A program made the position numbers and the translations under genes. This document shows, piece by piece, positions 37,852 to 46,448 of a stretch of DNA of 64,000 bases (position 1 is the stretch's first letter; each line of letters starts with the position of its first letter). The stretch is from Armatimonadota bacterium. Its GTDB lineage: Bacteria; Armatimonadota; Fimbriimonadia; Fimbriimonadales; GBS-DC. A model generated the notes under the pieces. It was not told where the DNA came from. It made no database searches and was given only the letters and a program-made list of their open reading frames with translations. The stretch spans positions 64,001-128,000 of the forward strand of contig JBBIML010000007.1 in the NCBI GenBank assembly GCA_037444405.1. Direction: 5' to 3'.

Positions 37852-38398
37852 GTGATTTGCGATTCAGCCACGCAAAGGCGACAAATCCCCACAGGATGCC
37901 GATCAGGACACCTGTTAGCACATCGGAGGGGTAATGCACGCCCCGATAGATACGGGACAGTCCCACCAGTGTCGCTATTAGCCAGCCGAACCAGCCGAGC
38001 CAGCGATAGCGCGTGCCCCGCACCATCAGCCACAGCCAGCACGCCAGCGCGAACGCTGTCGCCGTGTGTCCCGACGGAAACGAGTTCGCATAAATGCGCT
38101 CATCGGGCGCCACCAGCACATCGGGCAGATTCGATGGACGCGGGCGCGGAAACAGGTGCTTCAGAATCTGAACCGTCGCACCGCTGCCCAGCCACGCCAC
38201 CAAGCCGGGCAGAAACAGTTGCCGCCACCGATGTTGCCAGCGCACGCACAGCGTCGCCGTTAGCAACAGAATCAGCTGCACCCAGCCCAGCCCCAGCGAG
38301 GTGAAACACCACATCAGTGGGCTGACCAGCGGATGGTGCAGCCCGTGATTGATTGCGTAGAGAACCTGCCGATCCCACTCCTGCAACCACTCCGTCAT
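37808..38398 (-). CDS. PAP2-family phosphatase (undecaprenyl-PP phosphatase-like)
   Basis: K....R.RP, SFPSGH, SRIYRGVHYPSDV. Confidence 0.92.
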   Translation of the reverse strand: MTEWLQEWDRQVLYAINHGLHHPLVSPLMWCFTSLGLGWVQLILLLTATLCVRWQHRWRQLFLPGLVAWLGSGATVQILKHLFPRPRPSNLPDVLVAPDERIYANSFPSGHTATAFALACWLWLMVRGTRYRWLGWFGWLIATLVGLSRIYRGVHYPSDVLTGVLIGILWGFVAFAWLNRKSPTAEAVASGGQKRF

Positions 38399-38913
38399 GG
38401 TGAACGAACAGACTTGGAGTGCCCGTCTGCAAAGCCGATGTTATTTACCTCTTTAATATGGCGGGGCGGGCTGGGCAGGCTGGTCACGGGATCGTGCGCG
38501 TTCCAGGCGAGATTGGAGGAGTCGTACACCAGCGGCGTTTGTGCGGGGTTTGCAACGGTTGCCATCTTCTGGCGTGAGAGGCGCACATTCATCGCGTAGC
38601 CGTAGCCCTGCCCATACCGCACGGACGGGCAGCGATAGGTGTCCGGGTCATGCACATAGGGGCGGGTAAGATCGCCCCAGCGTGAGGCTTGCGGGAACCG
38701 ATTGCCATAATCGTTGGCGTACATCTGCTGGGCTAATAGCAGCTGCCGCAGATTGCTCAGGCACTGCGTCTGACGCGCTGCCTCGCGCGCCTGCACGAAC
38801 ACGGGGAGCAGAATCGCGGGGCAGACGAAGCAGCTGGCAAGCACGCAGAAACCCAGCCCGATGAGCATCACAATCAGCCACGCGGGCGTCCGCCGGGTCG
38901 GTTGCACGCTCAT
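38395..38913 (-). CDS. DUF1559 / H-X9-DG-type pilin-like protein
   Basis: AILLPVF.QAREAARQTQCLSNLRQ, MY..DY, CPS, RH.....NIGFADGH. Confidence 0.85.
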   Translation of the reverse strand: MSVQPTRRTPAWLIVMLIGLGFCVLASCFVCPAILLPVFVQAREAARQTQCLSNLRQLLLAQQMYANDYGNRFPQASRWGDLTRPYVHDPDTYRCPSVRYGQGYGYAMNVRLSRQKMATVANPAQTPLVYDSSNLAWNAHDPVTSLPSPPRHIKEVNNIGFADGHSKSVRSP

Positions 38914-38946
38914 AGTGGGGTTATGATACCCGATAAGAGTCGGGCG

Positions 38947-39050
38947 GTACGGGCACGGTCTCCGTGCCCCTACAACCGTGCCCGTGCAACGGTTCGGACG
39001 CCCGTGCAACGGTTCGGACAATGGTACAGGCGCGGGCACCGCGCCCCTAC
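38947..39050. repeat. Two GTAG-type REP palindromes flanking a 20-bp tandem duplication
   Basis: gtacgggcacgg-tct-ccgtgcccctac, 2x cccgtgcaacggttcggac, gtacaggcgcgg-gca-ccgcgcccctac. Confidence 0.8.
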
Positions 39051-39682
39051 TCTGCAATCCAAGCGGGTTCGCTGATGAGCGAGCGCTGGCGTTGCAGGTA
39101 GTCGCGCACCACCTGCGCGATGCTGCGCCCTATGCTGGAGGCGATTTGATCCTTGCTCCAGATTCGGAAGTAGCCGAGTGCGCCGCGCGCCAGCGGCGCG
39201 GTGGTCGCCACGCGATAAGTGCGTTTCGGGTCGAGCTTCGCACCCGCGATAATCACACTGCGTATGCGCTTGCCCGGCTCCGCTTTCGGGTCGAAGCGCA
39301 CTTCCGCGCCTGTAAGCTGCAGGAAGGCGTTGTTCTTCTGCGGGTAGAGTTCGACGGAGCGCTCCAGCGCCTGCAGGAGCTGTTCGCCCGTCAGGTTCAG
39401 CACCACCACCTCGTCGTCAGGATAGCGCAACGCCTTCAGCAGGGCATCGATGGGTTGCTGACCGGCGGGCAACTGCAGGCTCTCGTCAAAAAAGGCGGCG
39501 CCCAGCATGGCTAAATCGGCGCCCGTTGCCGCGCGCAGGGCGTCCACCAGCGTCTGGGCAATCGGGTTCGCACCCTCACCCACATTCTCCATCGAGACCG
39601 CGCGCGACAGCTGAACCGTCTGGGCAGATGAGAGGCCCAGTCCAAGCCCAACCATCACCGCTATCAACCACAGTTTTCGCAT
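39047..39682 (-). CDS. Stand-alone 5'-nucleotidase C-terminal domain protein, secreted
   Basis: Signal peptide; VDALR..TGAD, LTGEQL..ALE, FLQLTG, YRVAT. Confidence 0.82.
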   Translation of the reverse strand: MRKLWLIAVMVGLGLGLSSAQTVQLSRAVSMENVGEGANPIAQTLVDALRAATGADLAMLGAAFFDESLQLPAGQQPIDALLKALRYPDDEVVVLNLTGEQLLQALERSVELYPQKNNAFLQLTGAEVRFDPKAEPGKRIRSVIIAGAKLDPKRTYRVATTAPLARGALGYFRIWSKDQIASSIGRSIAQVVRDYLQRQRSLISEPAWIAE

Positions 39683-39759
39683 ATTCAACTCCCGACAGGC
39701 GTCGCGCCTATCTGTTTAGGCAGTGGCTTGTGGCTTCCAGCCCAAGCAAGCCCCTGCGC

Positions 39760-40888
39760 CTATCTGTTTATATCTACGACCGAGCGGCGTGAAGCGTTCC
39801 ATCGCAGATAGGCTTCGATGAAGCCGTCGATCTCGCCGTCCAGCACCGCCTGCGCGTTGCCCGTTTCATAATCGGTGCGGTGGTCTTTCACCAGCGTGTA
39901 GGGGTGCAGCACATAGGAGCGGATCTGGTGTCCCCATTCGGCGGGCACGGTATCGCCTTTGAGCTGCTGAAGTTTCTGCTCCTGCTGGCGGCGGTAATAC
40001 TCGGCGACGCGGGCAGCCAGCACTTTCATCGCGACGGCGCGGTTCTGATGTTGCGAGCGCTCGTTCTGGCAGCTGGCAGTGATGCCCGTCGGGATGTGGG
40101 TGATGCGCACCGCCGATTCGGTCTTGTTCACATGCTGTCCGCCGTGCCCGCTTGCCCGATAGGTGTCGATGCGCAGGTCTTCGGGATTGAGCTGGATGGC
40201 GGTTTCTTCGATATCGGGCATCACTTCGACGAGGGCGAAGGTGGTGTGGCGTCGGCGGTTGGCATCGAACGGCGAGATTCGCACGAGGCGATGCACGCCA
40301 TGCTCCGATTTGAGCAGTCCGTAGGCGTAGTCGCCCTCGATCAGCACGCCGACGCTGGCATAGCCGACGACGCTGCCGGGCGTCTCGTCCACGATTTCGG
40401 CGCGGAAGCCCTTGCGTTGCGCCCAGCGCAGGTACATGCGCAGCAGCATCTGCACCCAGTCGCACGCTTCCGTGCCGCCCGCGCCCGCGTCGATCTCCAG
40501 CAGGGCGTTATGGCGGTCGTACTCGCCGCTCAACAGGGTGAACAGATCAAGCCGATCCACCTCGCGCTTGAGCGTTTCGACCTGCGCGGCGACCTCGCGG
40601 GCGGTCGCATCGTCGTACTCCATCTGGAGCAGGTTGAGCCACTCCTCGCATTCGCTAACAGTGGCGAGCAGTCGCTCGTACGGTTCGATGCGATTTTTCA
40701 GGCGGGCGATGGTCTGCATCGTTGCCTGCGCCCGCGCAGGCTCCGCCCAGAAAGCAGGGTCCTCGGTCTCGCGCTCCAGCCGCGCGAGCTCCGCCTTCAG
40801 ATTGGCGATGTCAAAGATGCTCCCCGATCGCCTGCAGGCGTCGGCGAGCCTCCTGAAGCGATTCGCTGATGGTCCGCAAATCCAGCAT
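39760..40888 (-). CDS. prfB: Peptide chain release factor 2 with programmed +1 frameshift
   Basis: 25 codons to CTT-TGA-C (40816-40810) with internal SD GGGGAG; +1 frame holds SPF and GGQ motifs. Confidence 0.97.
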
Positions 40889-40906
40889 TTTTCAATCCCT
40901 CAACGG

Positions 40907-41230
40907 TTAATCAAGATGCCTTTTCACGCGCTCTTCGATGACCCCTCTGGGCAATGCGCCCACAATCTGATCCACAATCAGCCCGTTCTTGAACAGCAAC
41001 AGCGTTGGGATGCTCATAATCCCGTACCGGATCGCCAGCCCCTGTTCCTGATCGACATCCACCTTCAGCACCTTGAGCTTATCGGCATACTGGGTTGCCA
41101 GCTCTTCCACAATCGGCGCGATCAGGCGGCACGGCGCACACCAGACCGCCCAGAAGTCGACCAGCACTGGCACAGGCGATTGCAACACTTCGGTTTCCCA
41201 TTCGCGTTCTGTAACGGCTCTTGCTGCCAT
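40907..41230 (-). CDS. trxA: Thioredoxin
   Basis: VDFWA.WCAPC, SIPT. Confidence 0.95.
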   Translation of the reverse strand: MAARAVTEREWETEVLQSPVPVLVDFWAVWCAPCRLIAPIVEELATQYADKLKVLKVDVDQEQGLAIRYGIMSIPTLLLFKNGLIVDQIVGALPRGVIEERVKRHLD

Positions 41231-41267
41231 CGTTTTTCCCTCCAGCGGGATTATACCCGATGAGTCG

Positions 41268-42854
41268 TCAACGCAAGCCTGTGAGCGTGATTCCGAACAG
41301 GAGCACGCCGGGCGTGCGTCGCCAGTAGAGGAACGGTTCGATGCAGTGGATGCGCCAGCCGAGAAAGAGCTGGATGTCATAGAGGTCGTTTCGTTCGGTG
41401 TCGTATTTGAGCAGGGCGCCCCAGCGCAGGTTGCCGATCAGCCCTTCGCCGCGCAGGGCAACTTCCTGGCGGGCGGCGATCTGATCCGACTGAAACGGCG
41501 TGCGTCCCTGCATGCGGGTGAGCGCGTAGCCGAGCATCAGCCCGAAGGTCTCGCCATGCTGATAGCGCAGTTCGAGCTGGGGACGCAGCCAGCTGAAAGA
41601 GCGGGTATCGCCGTAGCGCACATGGCTTGCCCACAGGTGCAGGTTCAGCTCCAGAGGCGACGGGCGCATCAGAGGCTGGAGCCATTCGGCTTCGAGGGCG
41701 AGCCGCTGCAGGGTGGGCGTGTGCTGGTTGTCCAGCCGCTCGCGCATGGAACCCCATCGCAGGCTGATGCCGCCCAGCCCTGTGCCCACATTGAAGCCCG
41801 TGCTGATGGCAAGCTCTAAGGGGCGGGAAACACGCAGGCGGGCGTCGCGGGCGAACAGCGGGCGCACATCGGCACTGTGTTCCAGCCGCAGGGTGGTGGT
41901 ACGCTCGCGCAGGGCGTTCCGCTCGCGTTCCGGCGTAATGCGCAGGTTATACAGCGCGCTCGATTCGAGCCGCTGGCTCAACTCTGGCTCGGTCAGCGCG
42001 GGCGTGTCGCCAGCAAGTGCGACAGCGAGCGCCAAGCGCGTTTCTGGAACCGCCCGCGTGTGAACCGCGCCGTTCAGCACGAGCAGCGACTGCGCACCGA
42101 GCGGCAACGCGAGCTGATAGCGAGCGCCAGGTCCGGTGTCAGGGCTATAGGTGGGGGTTGGCAGTTCCAGCGTCTCGCGTCGCTCGCGCAGGTTCAAACT
42201 GATGGTGGGAATGCTTAACAGAGTGCGTCCGCGCCAGCGCAGGCGCGCGTTATAGAGGCGCAGCCGCTGACCCCCGCGCAGGCTGGCACGCGCCGCCTCC
42301 ACCGTGAAGTCGGGATGATCACGGTCGCAGGTGGTGGCGCGTATCGCCTGCGCCTCAAATCGCTGAAGGTCGCCCTCCAGTTGCTGCGCCCAGAGTCGAG
42401 CGGCGACTCTCTCCTGCTGGGGCGGGGTGCCCCAGCCACGAGGCGCGCGTGAGGAAGCAGGCAGAAACAGCACCGCCTGCACATCGGTGAACCGCCCGCG
42501 ACGCTCCTCATAAAAATAGAGCAGGCTCTGACCTCGCAGGTAGCCTTCGGGCGCGAGCAGCTCAAACGGCGCGTTGCCCTGCACCACCGCTTTCGCCGTG
42601 TCCAGCTGCAGAGCTTCCGTGCGCAGCTGACGGTCGCCGTAGAGCAGTTGCACCCTGCCGCGCAGCTCAAGTTGCAACGAGCCGTCCGACTGGCGCACCG
42701 CGCGCGAGTGAAGCGCCCGCAGGGTGAGCGACTGATCCTGCGCCGCCCTGCCGGGGGAGAGGGACTGGTTAGCTCCCTCTCCCCAGAGAGGGGAAGGACT
42801 TAGGGTGAGGGCAATCGTAAGCGGCAGGGCGGTGAGCATCAGCACCGCCCTCAC
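41268..42854 (-). CDS. LptD/OstA-like outer-membrane protein
   Basis: N-terminal jellyroll-like strands, TTCD....DF motif, amphipathic strands, C-terminal HC. Confidence 0.65.
   Translation of the reverse strand: MRAVLMLTALPLTIALTLSPSPLWGEGANQSLSPGRAAQDQSLTLRALHSRAVRQSDGSLQLELRGRVQLLYGDRQLRTEALQLDTAKAVVQGNAPFELLAPEGYLRGQSLLYFYEERRGRFTDVQAVLFLPASSRAPRGWGTPPQQERVAARLWAQQLEGDLQRFEAQAIRATTCDRDHPDFTVEAARASLRGGQRLRLYNARLRWRGRTLLSIPTISLNLRERRETLELPTPTYSPDTGPGARYQLALPLGAQSLLVLNGAVHTRAVPETRLALAVALAGDTPALTEPELSQRLESSALYNLRITPERERNALRERTTTLRLEHSADVRPLFARDARLRVSRPLELAISTGFNVGTGLGGISLRWGSMRERLDNQHTPTLQRLALEAEWLQPLMRPSPLELNLHLWASHVRYGDTRSFSWLRPQLELRYQHGETFGLMLGYALTRMQGRTPFQSDQIAARQEVALRGEGLIGNLRWGALLKYDTERNDLYDIQLFLGWRIHCIEPFLYWRRTPGVLLFGITLTGLR
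42750..42812. repeat. CCCTCTCCC/GGGAGAGGG repeat inside the LptD-like 5' coding region
   Basis: Matches intergenic copies at 27715 and 48826; reads LTLSPSPLWGEGANQSLSP in frame. Confidence 0.7.
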
Positions 42855-42855
42855 C

Positions 42856-43782
42856 TCAGGCTTCCCAGGCGAACGGCTCCGCGTCGGTCAGCACCCGCGC
42901 GGTCTGAATCACCTCGCGCAGGTAGGGTGGGATCGCGAACATCGCGAAGTGGGTCTGCGGATCATAGTAGCGCAGCCCCGTTACACCGCGCGTCTCCAGC
43001 CGCCGCGCCACCTCATCAGGCGTCAGCGCCAGCGGGTCATGCTTCTTGGACGCCAGCACGAAACCCCACGGCAACATAAACGACGCGACGAACGACCAGT
43101 AGGGGCGCACAATCGGGAACACCTCCTGCAGCGTGCGCACGATACAGCCGTACAGATAGGGGTAGAGCGGGTCGCCCGCGCCCGACTGAACCGTCAGCAC
43201 GCCCTCATCGGTCAGCGCGTCATAGACCATCTGATAAAACTCGCGCGTGAACAGATATTGCGACGGTCCCGCCTCCAGTGGGTCGGTCAAATCGGACACG
43301 ATCACATCGAACTCGTTGCGATATTGCGGGATGACCTTGCGAGCGTCGTCAAAGAGGAGCGTCGTGCGCGGGTCAGAGAATGAACCCTGATGCCATTCGG
43401 GCATGTAGCGCTCGCAGTAGCGCACCAGCTCCTCATCGATGTCGACCATGACAGCTTTTTGCACGGTGCGATGGCGTAGCACCTCGCGCAGGGTTGCCCC
43501 CTCGCCCCCGCCCGCTACCAGCACGCGCTGCGGGTTCGGATGCGTGATCATGCCAGGCTGCACCATCGGCTCATGGAACATATACTCGTCCAGCAGCGCC
43601 GACTGGATTTTGTTATCCAAAAAGAGCGACTTCCCGTAGCCGGCTAACTCCACCAGCATCGCGTGCTGGAACTTCGTTTGCGCTATCTGATAGACCTGCT
43701 TCACGCGATAGGTGTACATCACGGCGTCGGTGTGCGTCTCCGATAGCAATAGCCCTCCGCAAGCATGGTGTGCCGCTGCCAT
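42856..43782 (-). CDS. speE: Polyamine aminopropyltransferase (spermidine synthase)
   Basis: VLVAGGGEGATLRE, VDID, DVIVSDLTDP. Confidence 0.93.
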   Translation of the reverse strand: MAAAHHACGGLLLSETHTDAVMYTYRVKQVYQIAQTKFQHAMLVELAGYGKSLFLDNKIQSALLDEYMFHEPMVQPGMITHPNPQRVLVAGGGEGATLREVLRHRTVQKAVMVDIDEELVRYCERYMPEWHQGSFSDPRTTLLFDDARKVIPQYRNEFDVIVSDLTDPLEAGPSQYLFTREFYQMVYDALTDEGVLTVQSGAGDPLYPYLYGCIVRTLQEVFPIVRPYWSFVASFMLPWGFVLASKKHDPLALTPDEVARRLETRGVTGLRYYDPQTHFAMFAIPPYLREVIQTARVLTDAEPFAWEA

Positions 43783-43795
43783 TTTCAGCCTCCGT

Positions 43796-44866
43796 TCAGC
43801 GATTGAGTTTTGCCAGTTCGGCTTTGAGCCGATCGATGTAGTCGATACTGTAGGGGTCGACTTCGTTCAGGTAGGCGAGGTAGAGGCTCACGAAGTCGCC
43901 GAGGTAGGTGAGGGTGAGTAGGCGTTCGAGCAGGCTGTCGCCTTCTGCCCACACTTCATGCCATTCGGCGGTGTCGCCGACCAGCTGGCGCGTAACTTCG
44001 ACGCGCGTGCGGGTCTGCAGGCTCTCGCTGGGGTCGCGCAGCACGACGATGCTGAAGTTTTGCGCCTGTCGGGATGCGCCCACCCAGCCCAGAATCTCGT
44101 TATGATTTAACTCAGGGAATGTGCTGGCAAAGGCGTGCTGTTTGGCGTTCTCGTTGAACTGCCCTTTCCAGCGGGTGGCGACAATCGCGCGATAGCCACC
44201 TGAACCGTAGAGGATGGGTAGTTTGCCCTGCAGCGCGCTGGCTAACTGCTTGGCGGGGTTTTGCTCGCAGGGGATTTCGGGCTGCCAGCGGTCGCGCGAT
44301 TGGGCGAGGCGTTGCAGGGCGCGAGCGCGCGCCGTTTCGCCGTTCGGCAGCAGGTTCCACCGCTCACACAGCACCAGCATCGGCAGGAACAGATAGCCCA
44401 GCGCGGTGCGTGGGGGTTGACCGCCGGGCACCGGCAGGTGGGGAACGCCGTCGCGCCGGGCGCGCGATTGCAGTTCGCCGCCGCTGGAGAGCGCGACGAT
44501 CATCGCGCCTCGCTCGCGCGCCTCCGCGTAGCACGCCAGCGTCTCCTCCGTGTTGCCCGAATAGCTGACCGCAAAGAGCAGCGTGTTCGCATCGACGCAG
44601 TGGGGCAGTTGATAATCGCGCACGACCAGCACGGGATGGTTGCCTTCCGCTTCGAACAGCGCCCGCAGGTAGTCGCCTCCGATGCCGGAGCCGCCCATAC
44701 CGCTGACCACAATCAGGCGTGGCTCGCGAGGCAATAGGGGCAGTGTCCATGCCTGTGCCAGCTCGATTGCCCGCTTGCACTGGGCGGGGAAATCGAGCGT
44801 GAGCGCCATCATGCCGTGCGGGTCCGCCGTGCGCAGTCGCCCCGCCTCATCGAGTGGGTGCGCCAT
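43796..44866 (-). CDS. Bifunctional phosphoglucose/phosphomannose isomerase
   Basis: GMGGSG, SYSGNTEET, QPR, NENAK, PELNHNE. Confidence 0.92.
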   Translation of the reverse strand: MAHPLDEAGRLRTADPHGMMALTLDFPAQCKRAIELAQAWTLPLLPREPRLIVVSGMGGSGIGGDYLRALFEAEGNHPVLVVRDYQLPHCVDANTLLFAVSYSGNTEETLACYAEARERGAMIVALSSGGELQSRARRDGVPHLPVPGGQPPRTALGYLFLPMLVLCERWNLLPNGETARARALQRLAQSRDRWQPEIPCEQNPAKQLASALQGKLPILYGSGGYRAIVATRWKGQFNENAKQHAFASTFPELNHNEILGWVGASRQAQNFSIVVLRDPSESLQTRTRVEVTRQLVGDTAEWHEVWAEGDSLLERLLTLTYLGDFVSLYLAYLNEVDPYSIDYIDRLKAELAKLNR

Positions 44867-44875
44867 CGGTGTGCC

Positions 44876-45160
44876 TCACTGGGCAATATAGGGCAGCAGC
44901 GCCAGCTCCCGCGCCCGCTTGATGGCTAACGCCAGCTGACGCTGGCACTTCGCGCAGGTGCCCGTCTGGCGCCGCGGCAGAATCTTGCCCCGATCGGAGA
45001 TGTAGCGGCGCAGGCGCGCTACATCCTTGTAATCGATGGGCTTCCGCTCGATACAGAAGGCGCACGCCTTGCGCTTGTAGCGCACGCGCCGCACCTTCGC
45101 ACCTAACTCCAGCTCCTCATCCAGTTCCTTCTTCTCCAGCTCCAGTGGTTCGGTTGCCAT
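44876..45160 (-). CDS. rpsR: 30S ribosomal protein S18 (Zn-binding Cys form)
   Basis: CAFC, IDYKD, GKILPRR.TG.CAKCQR, IKRAR. Confidence 0.97.
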   Translation of the reverse strand: MATEPLELEKKELDEELELGAKVRRVRYKRKACAFCIERKPIDYKDVARLRRYISDRGKILPRRQTGTCAKCQRQLALAIKRARELALLPYIAQ

Positions 45161-45247
45161 TCTTTAAACCTCCAGCCTTGTCTGGCGAGGTGAGATTGTA
45201 CCCCTCTGTCAGGCGGGGAAGCGCTATTCCCTTCAGTGTCCTGATAT

Positions 45248-45796
45248 TCACGGCATTTCGGCGAAGGGGTCGCCCTCGACTTCGAAATCCTCGTCCATCA
45301 GCTCTTCGGGGATTTCGAACTCTTCTTCGGGTTCAGGTGGGGAGGCGGGCGCAGGGCGTCGGGCGGCGGCTCCCTGCGCGGGCGTAACAGCGGTTGCCGA
45401 AACAGGTCGCGCCGCATCGCCCGATTCGGTGGTTTCAAAACCTGCTTCAGGCGCCCCGGCGGCTGGGGTTACCTCCTCCTCGCGCGGGCGATCCAGCAGG
45501 CGCACGGTCTCCGCCACCACCTCGTACGCCTTGCGGCGGATGCCCTCCCGATCGGTGTAGGAGCGGCTCTGGAGGCGCCCCTCCACCAGCACCAGTCGCC
45601 CTTTGGTGGCGTAGTTCGCCAGGAAGTCTGCCTGCTGGCGAAAGGCGACGAAGTCGAAAAAGTCCGCCACCTCCTCGCCGCCGCTGCGTCGGTTGACTGC
45701 GATCCCGCATCGCACCAGCTCAACGCCATCGGGCGTGGTGCGCAGCTCCGGATCGCGAGTGAGACGACCTATCAGAATGATGCGGTTGTAGTTCAT
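45248..45796 (-). CDS. ssb: Single-stranded DNA-binding protein
   Basis: NRIILIGRLTRDPELR, KG..V.VEGRL, acidic tail ending DPF. Confidence 0.96.
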   Translation of the reverse strand: MNYNRIILIGRLTRDPELRTTPDGVELVRCGIAVNRRSGGEEVADFFDFVAFRQQADFLANYATKGRLVLVEGRLQSRSYTDREGIRRKAYEVVAETVRLLDRPREEEVTPAAGAPEAGFETTESGDAARPVSATAVTPAQGAAARRPAPASPPEPEEEFEIPEELMDEDFEVEGDPFAEMP

Positions 45797-45807
45797 CGTA
45801 TACCCCC

Positions 45808-46131
45808 TTATATCTGCGCGAGGGCAGCCACCTCTTCCGGTTCGAGGCGGAAGATTCGGAAGCGCAGGATGCTCTCGGTGATGCCCAGCACGCGGCGCAG
45901 CTCCTCTGCCGCCGCGGGGGGACCTTCGAACCGAAACAGCAGATAGATGCCCTCGTTCACATGCTTGATTTCGTAGGCGAGCTTGCGTCGGTCCCAGACA
46001 CGCGCCTCCACCACGCGCGCGCCCTGATTCTCCAGCAGGGTGCGGAACCGCTCGATGAGCGCATCCACCGCCTCCTGCTCCGTGTTGCCCGGCACAATCA
46101 CCATCGTTTCGTAGAATCGCGGTTTGATCAT
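45808..46131 (-). CDS. rpsF: 30S ribosomal protein S6
   Basis: YET, W.RRKLAYEI, ILRF; rpsF-ssb-rpsR order. Confidence 0.96.
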   Translation of the reverse strand: MIKPRFYETMVIVPGNTEQEAVDALIERFRTLLENQGARVVEARVWDRRKLAYEIKHVNEGIYLLFRFEGPPAAAEELRRVLGITESILRFRIFRLEPEEVAALAQI

Positions 46132-46134
46132 TCG

Positions 46135-46185
46135 TACCCTCCTTCGGACCGTTTGGGACCCGCGCTGGGGTCAGAAGGGTCCGCT
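46135..46185 (-). promoter_or_regulatory. S6:S18 ribosomal leader-like RNA
   Basis: ACCCUUCU-GACCC-loop-GGGUC-CC...AAGGAGGGU: anti-SD strand, inner hairpin and C-rich internal loop upstream of rpsF. Confidence 0.6.
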
Positions 46186-46197
46186 CTGTGCGCTCGA

Positions 46198-46443
46198 TTA
46201 TACCCCATCGTCCGTTTTCAACTCTTTGAGAAGTTGTTCGACCTGCTGGTGCATGCGCGCCTGCGTGCGCGGGTCGGTTTCGAAGCTCACCACCAGCCAG
46301 TGTCCCTCGCGCGTGCTGGGCGGGAGCCATTCGAGGGGCACGAGCCACTCGAAGTAGTCGCCCTCGCGCCAGCGTACAATCAGCACTGCTACACGCTCGC
46401 CACTTTCCAGCGTTTGCACCCTGTCTACAAAGGCATGAATCAT
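46198..46443 (-). CDS. DUF3006-like small protein
   Basis: VDR....AVL, LP...REG..L, C-terminal helix. Confidence 0.65.
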   Translation of the reverse strand: MIHAFVDRVQTLESGERVAVLIVRWREGDYFEWLVPLEWLPPSTREGHWLVVSFETDPRTQARMHQQVEQLLKELKTDDGV

Positions 46444-46448
46444 CCCAT

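Noticed and set aside
38981..39020. 20-bp tandem repeat as a CRISPR remnant
   Set aside because: Adjacent duplication with no spacer, inside a REP cluster
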